NCBI GenBank assembly: GCA_049724395.1
Contig: JAUGWO010000107.1
Span: 248,001-312,000 of the forward strand
Reading direction: 5' to 3'
DNA: 64,000 nt
Source of the DNA: Spongospora subterranea f. sp. subterranea
Taxonomy: Eukaryota
The number at the start of each line of letters is the position of its first letter. Positions within the stretch are counted from its first letter, which is position 1. The translations under genes and the position numbers were made by a program. This document shows, piece after piece, positions 1-12,283 of the stretch. The notes under the pieces were generated by a model. It did not search any database, had not been told where the DNA came from, and worked only from the letters and a program-made list of their open reading frames with translations.

Positions 1-795
1 TCCCCCATATACAGACTACCTACAGATCACACTAAACCGTGACCAACTACAGTACCATATCGTCTGTAGAACAATATGGGCCAATGACGGGACAGTAACG
101 TTTGATAGGGAGTTAGCGATACAGTTCATTTAAACACCAGTAGGACATGACACCACAATCGGAAGGACAATGTGCAATTAGGGATTCTCGAGGAGAACAA
201 ATTAAATCGCCATGACCTACTATTTCAATGATATGATGAGGATATGTATACAATATCTTGAAGGGAATTTCGGGGCAGGAGAATGGACGTAAAGAGATTG
301 TCTTATTGTGGTGGCGGACGGGCGCACCGGCACTCAGTGCCGTGGGTGGAGCCGTATACTCTAGTGCTCGGGCATTGCCACGAACCTGCCAGGGGCATCG
401 TCACGAAAGTGCCTGGGGCAATCACGAAGTGCCGGGTAGTTATTTCAGGTGCAGTTTTAAACGAGATAGTGCTTTTTCGAGGAGTTTTGATTGCGCGGTC
501 TGACGGGTCCGGGTTCGTTGAACAATTTTCAAATAAGCGCGATTCTCTTTTCAGGCATCTGCCGTAATCGTGCAATAATAATGCATAGTTGCACTATTAT
601 GCACGATTAAAATGCGCCTGGCACTTTGTTTACCTGACAGGTTTATATATTTCTGTTTTAAGTAAATTTTGGTTGGCGACTCAATTCTCCTGACACAATC
701 TCATATATTATGGCATCCACCCCCGCACAAGCGATCTCTGTCAATGCATCGCTTTCTGAAATAAAATTTGTGTTTAGGGATTTCGACGTAAAACA

Positions 796-3700
796 ATGGC
801 GAAAAAGCAATCTCAGATGCGTGATTTTTTCAAGCCATCAACATCATCTGTTGATCCAAAACCTAGGCTTAACGGAACTTCAAAAATCAAAGAAGTCGAA
901 ACTATCTCGATGAACAACCCGATGGAATTGTCTCAAACGAAGTCCAATTCTCTAGGCAAGGCAGCCAACGATCCAGGTCCTGTGCCAGAGCGTCTCGAAT
1001 CTAAACAAGGATTGGACAAGGCAAAAAGAAAAAGCTCAGGACGTTCAAAGAAAAAGGGCAGTGAAGACATTAAAAATGACGTCGAACCCACAGATGAGGA
1101 GTCCGATAGTATTACGAAACCTGTTCCTAAAGTCAAATTACCTAACCCAAAAAAAGGTGCTGCGGTTCAGAAGAAAGGCGTTGCAATCACCAAGAAAGGC
1201 TGTACAAAGGTGTCACAACCAAAGCTAAGAGCTCGGCTAACGATGGGCGGGTCCAGAAAAAAAAAAGCAGGCAACGAAGAATATTACAATGACGATAGCG
1301 TATCGGAAGACAGTTCTGATGACGTTCAAATCACCTCCAAACATGTTAATCGCCGACGAATCACTATCAGTGATGATGAAGATGATGAGCCAACAAAACC
1401 TAAGGAGAAGCCTGTTCGAGATGCGGTCACTGCTACTCAAAAATTGGTCACTGACTACGCTGAACCGATCAAAGGTCCAATTCAACATCCAAAGCCCAAA
1501 CAGACTGCACCTAAAGAGTTCATCTCCAGCAAAGACTTTTTTTCTTCTGTTAAGAGTCGTGGCGCTATTGCACTGTTAGTTTCATCAAACGCTTCGTCAG
1601 CCTATTGATCATGTTTTCAACAGCAAGCCCATAAATGATCCTATCAAGCAAGTTTTTCCTGTTGAAGGTCAAACCGAGGCAGCACTGTAAATCGACACCT
1701 TGTTTTTTGTTCGTTTTTATTCTCATCGATAACGTTCTACAGTTCCATTATTTCTCCTTCTCCCCAGGGTCTCGAAGAAACACCTTCTCAACCATCCATC
1801 AATGGTGCCAATTGTTGCGCGCCTCTTCATTCAGTGTCGGAGCCTGTTTACCAACTGGGCCATCAGATCAATTCGCCATTACACGCTCTCAGGTTTGTCG
1901 CCTTGTTCGTGCCTTTATTGCTTCTAATAATCATTGTTAAGCACTGATAAAAAGAAAAATATCGTATCCATGGATACCTTAGCCGACGCATCGGTCCATA
2001 CAGGTTAGTTAGTTGCATCTCAACCCAAAGTTTTTTTTCAAATTCTAATTAAACAGATATCGGCAAATCAAATCCATCAAAAGCGACTGGTGGGAATGAA
2101 GTTGAAGTTCCGATGGTTGTTGATAAGCCCAGTTATCGGTAGGTTGTGTTCATATGTCATTCCGTTCTCTTGACGTTTGCTGGGGACTATCAGGTCATAC
2201 CAAAGGCCACCACCACCGAAACTAGGGCAAACAGATATCCCCCAGGTTTGTTGCGATTATAACTGTAAGGTGTTGCAATGATATTTGTCATAGGGACAGC
2301 CGAACTGCTTATTTGGAAAAAAATTTGTTGGTTATCAACTGGCGACAATTTTGTGTGGGTGCTGATTTGTTCATGTAAGGTTATCACTGGAGTTCTTTCA
2401 TCATTAGAGAGAGATGACTGTGCAGATTTGATCAAAAGCCTCGGCGGGTTGGCCAATACATCGTCTTAAACCACCATCCTGCGCATTGACCATGTTTAGG
2501 GCGGTCACCACAAACGTCTCGTCCAGGACCACCCATCTCATCGCTGGAGATGAGGCTGGGCCGAAAAAAGTCAGCATGGCTAAAGAAAAGGGCATTCCGA
2601 TCATGAACGAAGATGAACTGTTCAAGCTGATATCCTCATCATCGTCAATTACCAATTCATCTGCTCAATCGGTATTTGATTGCTACATATGCGACTTGTC
2701 ACGTCTGGCCAGTCATTCACAGATCGCATTTACATTTTATCGCTTAGGGCAACTCTAAAATCAGCAAAGCCAAGCAATTGCCCGTATTGCAAGCAGCTAT
2801 GTCTGGACCGGACACGTTTTTGATGTGGGTCGATAAGTATAAGCCGACAACCTCGTCACAACTTTGCGCAAACGCAACTCTCATCACAAAATTGAGTCGG
2901 TTTTTGAAGGACTGGTATGTTGGTCGTTCTCCGACTGTCGAAGTTGGTGAATATTGTCTCAGGCCGAACACAGACGCCGGAAAGCATGCTGTATTGCTAA
3001 GTGGTCCTCCAGGGATTGGAAAATCATCAGCAGCAGGGATTTGTGCTAAAGAAGCGGGATATACTGTTATTGAGATGAACGCCAGTACAACACGTTCAAA
3101 GAAGTCGTTGCTCGCCCATACGAAAGAGGTTGCGTAGTTGTCGCAAGCATCTGCTAAACAACGATTATTGAATTGCCCAACAGCTCCTGCAGAGTCACAA
3201 CATCTCCAGGTTTTTCACGTCGTCTTCATCTGTGTCAGCGAAAGGTTCTATGGGCAAAGTAAGGTTAGCTTGCAACGTTCGGTCTCGATATTCATTCTTT
3301 CGCAGAAAACTGTTTTGATAATGGACGAAGTTGATGGTATGTCCAACGGTGATAGGGGAGGTATGCAAGAGCTGTATTTACTGATCAAAACGACCAAGGT
3401 CCATTTTTACATGTCTCCTGTCAAGTCCTTACTAATGTCTCCGGTGTAGATTCCCATTATCTGTATTTGCAATGATCGCAACAGTATGAAAGTAAAGACG
3501 CTAGCGAGCTACTGCATTGATCTCCGGTTCCGGCGGTAAACGTCTAACAACTATCCATACGTGTTCGTGGTTACCCACGCTTTATAGGCCGATGGCGACT
3601 CAGATTGCCCAGCGAATGCAGTCCATTGCTAAAGCTGAAGGTGCTCAACAACTGCTGGATATTTGATTGAGGATTCTAATAGCAAGTAGGCCTGGAAATT

Positions 3701-4991
3701 GACCAACCTGCATTGATGAAGCTGGCTGAAATCACCCACGGAGACATCAGGCAAATGCTGAATACCATGCAAATGTGGCGAGCAGGGTCTGGCGGGGTTA
3801 TGCTATTCTTTGCTTTGTCTGATATCGTATTGATTAGATCAACCTCTACGAGCTTTGAAGATATCAAACGATCTCCTGCAAAAGACTTCGATAGCAGTGC
3901 CTTTGATGTTGCTCCACAGTTATTCCATACAGTTTCTCCTCTCCAATCTGTAATAGCTACCCGATATGTACGCATTTCCTCAACAATGTGTTGATTCAGG
4001 ATTGGCTGTCCAAAAGGATGGAAGCTTATTTTGTCGATCCGGACCTGATTCCGCTAATGGTGCAAGGGAATTACCTAAACTGCATACCTCAGCTACCGAT
4101 AGAAGAATCCAGTCAACCTGAACGCTATCGCGAGGTCGGGTGAACGTTTGAAATCTTATTGGCTCGTTTTCTAATCCACCTACAGTTGTTTTATCTGGAG
4201 CGATACAGTAAGGCAGCGAGCTCAATATCCGATGGAGATATAATCGGAAATCAAATCCGCAGCATGTCGTCATGGTCTCTCATGCCTGTACATGGTGTAT
4301 TGTCATCGGTGGTACCAGCTGTCCATGTCGCTGGTCGCCTTCAAGGTACCAATCTGGAATTGACCATATCGATGTATACTCATTCGGTTTAAATTTCTTA
4401 GGAATGATCGACTTTCCGCAATGGTTGGGAAAGAATTCGATTAGGAGAAAGAATCAAAGACTCCTTTCAGAGATACATTCCTGCCTAGTAGGCCATATAT
4501 CTGGCGGGACGTCGTTAGATATTGCCTTGGATTATTTGCCAGTTCTGCGGCGCCGTTTAACCCAGCCATTATCTGTTCATGGTCAGGAAGGAATCAATGA
4601 AGTCATCAAGATGATGAACCATTACCACCTCAGCCGAACAGATTTCGATACCCTGATTGAGTTGGGAAACGGACTATATGAGAAGATATCATTGGACTCC
4701 AAGGTCAAGGCGAAATTTACACGGGAGTTCAGCCGACGAAGCATCGCTCCTTCTGTATCTGGTAAAAGGGCTCGCCTTCCAGCGATTGATAGGGAAAAAT
4801 TTATCGGGGATGACGAAGGCGAGCATTCGTCTCCCGACATTGATATTGACGAAGGTACCGATAGTGAAAACGGCAACGAGTTTGATATTCCTGCACCATC
4901 AAAGAAATCTGCTGCGTCCAAGAAACCAGATGTCTCCAAACGCAAAGCCCCAGCGAAATCAACGTCTTTGAGGAAAAAAGTTCGCGCTTAA
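796..4991 (+). CDS. RFC1: Replication factor C subunit 1 (multi-exon)
   Basis: Splices in frame through GT-AG introns. Contains a basic N-terminal tail, a BRCT domain (GKKF/VITGVLSSLERDDCADLIKSLGG...THLIAGDEAGPKK), WVDKYKP, Walker A (LSGPPGIGKS), EMNAS, Walker B (MDEVDGMS), IPIICICND and the RFC1 C-terminal domain (FPQWLGKNS...KVKAKFTR). Confidence 0.96.
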
Positions 4992-5399
4992 TAAATCGTT
5001 CGCTATAAATTGTCAGTATAAAACTGGTTCGATGGTGCCAGAAATTCTTATCTGATTGAGAAATATGGATGACTTCAATTGATCAAAGGGCCTTAAGGAA
5101 ATTGTTTAATCAGCAGAGGGTTACGATGTTGATTGAGATAGATCTTGAAATGCTGTTCTAGAATAGGATTGAAGGCATATGAAAGCCATTTAGGTAGTTT
5201 CGAGGCTAAAGCTCACAACTTGATCCTCTATTGTTAAATTCCTCAAGAGCAACCTTTTCCTACCATCCCTCAGTTTCATGTTCTACCCTAAATTACACAA
5301 ACCAGGTAAAACTGGGCGCCCAATCATTGGATCACCCAAATGGATCACTACGCCCAAGCGGTGCAAACGCTCCTCGTTCTGACAATCAACGCAGTCCAT

Positions 5400-6900
5400 C
5401 CGCCCGACGAAAAAAACAACAAAAAGAAGAGTAAGGTTTACAAAAAACGTCGCTTAAGACGCCAAATCTTCTGTCATTGGCGCTATTGGTCCGGACCCGG
5501 AGTCTAATCAAATTGTCGCCAAGGGTTTTCATCAATCATTCCCGGGTCCCATGAAATTCCAGGCCAACATCATATTGCCTGATATCATGGCCAGTACGAT
5601 GATCGATATTCCAATGGCGGTTGCGGTTCTGAACCCCCCCTCCTTCCTCTGATCTATAGACGTACTTGGCATTCTGGATAAGATCGCCGCTGATTGTTTC
5701 ATGATCATGACGCCAACTCATTGGTCGTTTAGAATGATCACAGACAGTACGACGAATGACAAGGCGTTTGTTGAATTTAATGTGGTCGGTGCTATTGGGG
5801 ATTATCATCATCATTATATTCCGAAATGTGGGTTTATCAGTCGTCAATGTTCACTCAATACACGATCGAATCGCGATCTGATAATGAGATTCCATTAATT
5901 TTGACGACCGGTAATCTAGTTCGAGTGCTCTTAGATCTGCCCATGGTTCACATCAAGCCTATATTAAACTGGATAGCCGAAACGGTCAAGTCTGTCTCTG
6001 CTTCCAAATCAGTAAAGTTCGACGTCCCGCTTTTGATCGCGTTTGCCTTCATTAATCGATTGTTTATAGGATCGTGGTGAAGCCAATATTATACAGAATG
6101 TGCCAGTGACCCTTAAACCTGCTAGTTCCATTTTGGTATTCAATATATTGGCACCATTATCGCCATCAGATTGTTTTAGCCTCAACCAGTCGTTCTTAGA
6201 CCGATTGTGAACCAAATGTTGATTTACCTCAAGTTCGGATGAAGATGCCAAACCTTCGCATTTTGAGCCGAATTGTTGATCGGATGAAAACGGTGATGGC
6301 GCAGTAAGTCGTTGGACCACGTTATTCTCAGCGCTCTCCTGTTTTAGGTCGATGAGTGTCTGAAAATTGAGGCCAATACTGATGGAGAAGCTGTAAACCG
6401 TTGATGATTTGGTGAAATGAGGGATTATTCATCGTGATGATAGGTATTTTCTGCCCAAAATGAGATGGCCCATATTCAGAACAATGTACCGAGATTTAAG
6501 GTTCAAGTCGAGATGTAAATATATATATATTGTGCATTATTTGCTGTCTACATGCTGTACTTATTCAACTGTAGCTGATAGCTCCCAAATCATGGCGTCG
6601 GTTTCAGCCACCTGCACCGTATCAATCAAGAATTTCTGTAAGGTCGTCACCTTCTCTCCCTCGTCGCCTCAAATAACCCTTGATCGCAGCGAAAATGTTG
6701 AATTGTCATGTTCTAGATCCGTCTGTTGTTGTTGGATGTAATCGTTGGCGGTTTCCGTATTTCGGTCTTATGTCTGATGTATATTCTCCCTGTTTAGGTA
6801 TCGCTGAAAATAACTGGTTTGTGGTCTATCTGGAACTACGAGAGATGATCGGGACCGTGACGTATTATATCCCTCTTCTTTCAGATTAATAATATATATA
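5400..6900 (-). mobile_element. Decayed Ty3/gypsy-like (possibly chromovirus) LTR-retrotransposon remnant
   Basis: Minus-strand translation gives KFLIDT/GAGG (aspartic protease D-T-G motif with a 1-nt deletion, about 6608-6632) followed by HLILGRKYL (about 6441-6467). A chromodomain-like NIDHRTG..RQY..AW..GPGND occurs at about 5535-5615. Many stops and frameshifts; no RT recognised; boundaries are approximate. Confidence 0.5.
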
Positions 6901-8470
6901 AACCAGTGTCAAATAACCTGGAATCAGCCAACTTCATTTACTACATCGTCGATCGCGGATTTCTCCGAACTCAACATTGTCAGTTCGAAGTTCAAATCTG
7001 GGACCAAACAAGCAAGGCACAATCTGAGTTCGTTGGAGAACGAAATTCGCGATTAGTCATTGTGAACAGTTGGAGTAGTTCGTGAATTGATGCTGTTTTG
7101 GGTTCCGAGATCGAGAAGACCATCAGGGATCGTTGATATGTCATCTCCTTATTAACGATGACTATACAAAAAGTCAGATCCTGATATATCGTCAGCCATC
7201 AAGCGGGTCTCAATTGATCACACCGCTGATCTTAGTCCCGGCGACGAACATGGTGAAGATTATTTTGTCAACATCGGCCAGGATGCCATTAGTGATATCG
7301 GTAATGCCGTCTACATCTTCATACCGTAATCGTCAATGATCTGGATTACAAATGGACACAACAAGAGGAGATGCCTGTACAAGCAGTAGGGATTACATCC
7401 CAGGGCTGCTTTCTTCCATCACGACAACGTCAATCTTTGACAGGTTCGGGATCTGTACGCGCTGTTCAGCATTGCCAAGTATTCTGTCTAACATTTGAGG
7501 AACCAGAGTGCGACCCAGGGATTAACAAACAGCAAAAGCGACCGATTGTGCAGGACAAAGCGATCGTCGAGATCCAATGAGCGTTTACCGTTATGGATGC
7601 CGTTGCTTGTTGTTATGGTCGGTCGAAACACCCGTTGACGCGATCATTCCCTGGGTCACAGACTGCCAAGACAGATGCCCAAACCTGGCAACGATTGGAA
7701 GAAATGGCGCCGATTTCTGCAACCGCTCCAAGAGAGGCACCCCTAGCTCTGGGCATGTTTCTGTAATTCCTATTATTCAGCAAATCTGGTTGACCATTGT
7801 AATCCAATCACTGTTAATCTCAAGGTGCAGGCGCCATAATCGTGCGACATATTGACAAGTCTGATGGTCCACTTTATCTCTAAGCCGAACTCAAACGGCT
7901 GCTATTTGTGAAGATTGTGGCTGCCTTGCTTGATCCCCGATTCAATCTTCTCTGGTCCTTTCAGGCACCACATATGGCCATGGCCAGCATAACGCCCAAC
8001 AACTGATTGGAAACCCGCTCACACTTTTGTGACATAGCGTTTTTCAATCATTGAGTTGAACTTGTTCTTTAGAGGTCAGTTCGCTGCTGATAAATAAACC
8101 ACCGAATTCCGAGTGAGTAATCGGTTCATGAGTATTGACGACAAAGGTCAGGGTGAGCTCTTTCAACTTCATCAATGTAGCCATTCTCAACCAGAGACCA
8201 ATCGTAAATAAGATCCCCCAAATATGTACTACATGTATTATGGGGAATTCCCCCTGAGAAACCCCAACAACTTCACGACGACGTCTACCTGAAATGACTC
8301 CCTTTATCACTCCATGTCTCTCTCGCGTCAAGATCATCATCACACCATAAATCTTGTCATCACTCCCCCCGATCCGATCACGAAATTTTTTCGGGACGGA
8401 TTGATCAAGTTCTCCGCAATCCGAGACCTGTTTTTGCCAACGGTCGACCTTAATTGTCACGCGCTAATTC

Positions 8471-8995
8471 ATGGTGAAGAAGTCTGATTCAGGGCGCAGC
8501 TCAGGGCCGAACGAAGTAGTTCGTACTAGTAGAAAGAGTTCGCTTGCCGATGATGATGATGATGAATATATCCAAGGAAGTGACGACGCCATGGAGGACG
8601 ATATTCCTTGCAGAAGTCGTCGCACGAAACCGTCTGGTCCCACCGTTTTGAGCACAGCGAGAAGCAAATCCTGTTCAGCTGCAAAATCAAAACCTTCTGC
8701 TAAAAGAAAGATATCTCGGAAGAAGACTTTACAAGACGATCGACTATCTGTTGAGCAATTAATGGGCGCGTTTCGATTATTGGATAGAGAATCTAAAGGG
8801 ATCATAACACGAGGCGATATCGAGTCTGCGGTTGGGGAGATAAAGGGGGATCCATTAGAACATAATGACGCCATTGCTATGCTGAATGAGGCCGATAAAC
8901 GAGGCGATAACAACGGGACTGTGAACTTATCCGATTTCATGATCATGATGGAATCGGTATTTCCGGAAGCGTTCAAAACCCAATTCACATCTTGA
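8471..8995 (+). CDS. EF-hand protein (centrin/calmodulin-like C-lobe with a long disordered basic N-terminus)
   Basis: Single ORF with AFRLLDRESKGIITRGDI and ADKRGDNNGTVNLSDF EF-hand loops. Confidence 0.8.
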   Translation: MVKKSDSGRSSGPNEVVRTSRKSSLADDDDDEYIQGSDDAMEDDIPCRSRRTKPSGPTVLSTARSKSCSAAKSKPSAKRKISRKKTLQDDRLSVEQLMGAFRLLDRESKGIITRGDIESAVGEIKGDPLEHNDAIAMLNEADKRGDNNGTVNLSDFMIMMESVFPEAFKTQFTS

Positions 8996-9328
8996 GAACT
9001 ATCTGGGTCAAGTGTATCAGTTCGATGTGCTCGGCCGATAAAAGAGTCATCCAATCTTGTTCCGTCAAGTTTAACTGGCCGGATATCAAGTCTGTTGAAA
9101 CCTGACAAGACCTGAATATGGCGCTACAACAAACCGATACTCAGAGTGAATATATATTCCTATCATGTAGTCTGTGGTTCAATAATGGTGTTAAAATTGA
9201 TCCCATCTGAGCCGAGTAGCCAATCATCGAACAGTACAGTGTAGCTGGACCTATATCACTGCCATAGTAACTGGTCAAATACTGCCCTGGACCTGGCGCT
9301 ACACCGAGCCAATATCGGGATCGGAACT

Positions 9329-10439
9329 ATGCGCTTATGGCTCTTGGTCAATATATTGCTACTCGCGATGATCGTTGAGTCTGGTGTTCCTGGTGCCTAT
9401 ACGGTCGCCCGATCTAATCTTACATTGGTCGATACCAGCCGTTGTTTCGTCCCATCGCACTGTAATAAGGGATTGGAATTCCGATTACGATTCGGCCGAC
9501 AAATCACCCTCGATATATATCTACCCGGTAATACGCCTGGGCCATTTCCGCTCCTTGTATTCGGATATACTTCTCCCGATCGGTTTGATAATCTTATACG
9601 ATCGATCTCATCGTCTGGGTGAGTGTCGCCATCCTCCCCACCCACCGAACTGTATTTACCCTTTCTCGTCTCGTAGAGTTGTTGTCGCCGCTTTCCCCGT
9701 TTTTGACCTCAACCACAACCTGGATTTCGCCAAAGATCTTCTGTTCGTCTCGACCGAAATGCATTACGAGAATGCGTCTCCAATATCCTCTTTCTACGGA
9801 AAAGTAAAAAGTTCAGACCCAGATTTGACAGATTGTTTAATATTGTGTGAGTAGATCATAACAGGAAAGGCGTGTATAATGGGTCAAGGGATCGGGTCAT
9901 CAAGTCCATATCTGATCACCCAACCAGACCTGCAACCGTATAACATACCGGTTAATATAACAGGGATAATATCATTAGGATTACGATTGACTACAGAAGG
10001 CGGTTTGTTCGGTGCCGCATCAACATCGACAGCCCCCGCATTGATCATTGCTGCCGAGAACGATTGTGTCTATCCACCCAGCTCAAACGCCATTCCTTTA
10101 TATAATGCTATTAGCCGTTATCCGGCCGCTTGTAAAACATATGTGGAAGTTCGCAACGCGAGTTCGTGCACGTTGGCGGATGCGTTTATCAGTGATTGTC
10201 AGGCGGATGAAGCGTTCTGCCATCCAAGTACTGGCATAGGATCCTCAATGCATCAAAACTTAACCGCCCAGATAATATCTCCATGGCTTTCAGGAATAAT
10301 GCAGGATGATATGGCCGAATGGATCAGGTTCAAATCCAGTTTACGCTCCATGACGTCAACGTCGCTTGCCTTTTTGCAATTGTGCCATAGACTCAACGCC
10401 ACACATATAATGTCTCTGTCCTCGGCCAAAGGTCAATGA
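9329..10439 (+). CDS. Secreted alpha/beta-hydrolase fold protein (chlorophyllase/dienelactone-hydrolase-like), probably catalytically inactive; 3 exons
   Basis: Signal peptide MRLWLLVNILLLAMIVES. Motifs RQITLDIYLP, GPFPLLVFG, DFAKDLLF, KACIMGQGIG and ALIIAAENDCVYPP. Introns at about 9619-9676 (GTGAGT..TAG) and about 9803-9854. Confidence 0.8.
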
Positions 10440-10899
10440 TCCTCCGTTGGTAAAGCCCATCAAGAAGACAAGTGCAGTCCAGAACTAGTGAAAAGGGAGT
10501 GAGTTTTGGTTCCCCAGGGAAAGATGACATATCAAAAGGCCATGGGGATCAACACATGAAATACCAGATACAGACAATGGGGGAACTAGACCTCATACCG
10601 ATTCGGATCAAGGGAGTACATTGGGTGAATTCCAAAACCCGAACAAACATCGAGCAAAGGGTTGAGTCAAGATTGGGTTCGTCAGTGCAAATACAGAATG
10701 TGCACAGAAAGATGCGAAATACTCTTAAACGGATTGTGTCACCAACATAACTATTATCGCCGTCCATGGTGACCATTGCATCGAACTATCATGAACCAAG
10801 CTGGATGATTGCCAGCCGACGACGATATGCAAGCGATGGATATCTCATATGTTGGAAAACGACAATCAATGAAGTGGACTAATTTCGAGCTCACAATAG

Positions 10900-11400
10900 C
10901 ATCTTTTACCTATAAGGTCAACTACTCAAGCATTCACACTTACGACAATGCATTGAAATAACGAGACAGCCTAGAAAATCGACGACCAACCATTGTCGAA
11001 TTTCATCTCTGCAGAGAAAACGTCGAAATCGGATGGACGCATCCAATAGTCGTACAAACTGTGGAAAAGGACATCACGACACAGATAGGCGAAAAAAACA
11101 ACGATATTGAAATCGATTCACAAATATGTCTCACCGGATATTGGAACAACAAACTCGCTGAAAACCGATACCATCTGGACGTGTAATGAGAGAATTCCAA
11201 TCATGTTTGATTCCGAATACCACCAGATATTATCACCCTGGCAAGCGGAAACCAGAGTTTCGCATGAGACGTACACAAATGGAATTGGGCAACGATTATC
11301 GGTTCGACAACCATTAACACAACCATTAAAAGACAAACACGATAAAGACCGCTCTTGACTAGAGAAGAAGCGGATCAACTTGGCAACAGGCAGGAGGATG
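10900..11400 (+). mobile_element. Possible highly decayed retroelement pol fragment (RNase H-like)
   Basis: A-rich plus strand with broken frames reading GWTHPIVVQT and PSGRVMR...RYYHPGKRK. These loosely resemble gypsy RNase H motifs (VxTDH; RxxRW..YxPGK). Confidence 0.25.
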
Positions 11401-12172
11401 CTAAACAATAACAGACAGAGCAGTATAGTCGGCTGAAAACTCCAGCTTGAACACAGAACTGCCATCAAAATACAAACTCGCGTGCAAACTGCACACAGCA
11501 ATGAGAAAAGAACACCTTAAACAAACTTCATCGACTGAATCGGTCGCTGTTGAACCAAAACCCCAATCGGAATATTGTTCGAAGTTCCTCCTTCGACTTT
11601 CTCTCGTATGAAAAGAGCGGCAGAAGTTAACGGAGATGGGCTTCTTTTACAAACGCGAATGTTTGGCGTTATTGTATAACACTACCAAGAGCGCAGCCGT
11701 GTCGATCTACAGAATGATTTCTAGGTGGGTTTGGGCTTTTCTACTTGTTATCCACTCTATGAATTGGGTTTTTTGCGTTTGTCTTAAAGCAGCCCAATAT
11801 CAGTTGTGTGTTATCTCTAATTCTATGATGATTATGGATGAGAGATTGGTTAGAGTCTCTCGCATACTGCTATTTAACTTGATATTGCGTTTTCAAGGAT
11901 TATCTCTACGTACCACACCAACCGCTTCGTATACAAATACAAAGCATGCCGAGGAAAAGTTTCTCTGCATATCAAAAACCAATGAAAACTTGTAATCGGC
12001 AAGAAATAAAAGCAATATCTTCATCAGAGTATTATAGGAATTTGTCCATGACAAACCAGGTACAACCAGTACAGTTGCTGGTAGACTGGTGGTAGGCCTA
12101 ACAGAGTCAGTGGCTATACGCTGTGTAGTCTATCCAATATACACTGTACCTGTCCTCCACTGTACCACTGTA

Positions 12173-12207
12173 AGAATATTCATCGGAACATTCATTGAGA
12201 ATGTTCC
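12173..12207 (+). promoter_or_regulatory. Heat-shock element cluster upstream of HSP101
   Basis: aGAAtaTTCatcgGAAcaTTCattgaGAAtgTTCc contains three GAAnnTTC units about 80-110 nt upstream of the ClpB ATG, followed by a TATA-like TATTTAA at about 12215. Confidence 0.8.
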
Positions 12208-12283
12208 GTCGGGATATTTAAGCCATTTTCGTAGCGCCATTTTCATCATAATCAAAACCAATTCATAGAACAAACCAGAACCA

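Noticed and set aside
7100..8460. Protein gene in the short ORFs between the gypsy relic and the EF-hand gene
   Set aside because: All frames are broken and no motif was recognised.
8464..9108. 214-aa minus-strand ORF
   Set aside because: Antisense shadow of the EF-hand gene. The same applies to antisense ORFs over RFC1, SPT5, the eIF4B-like gene and the RAP gene.
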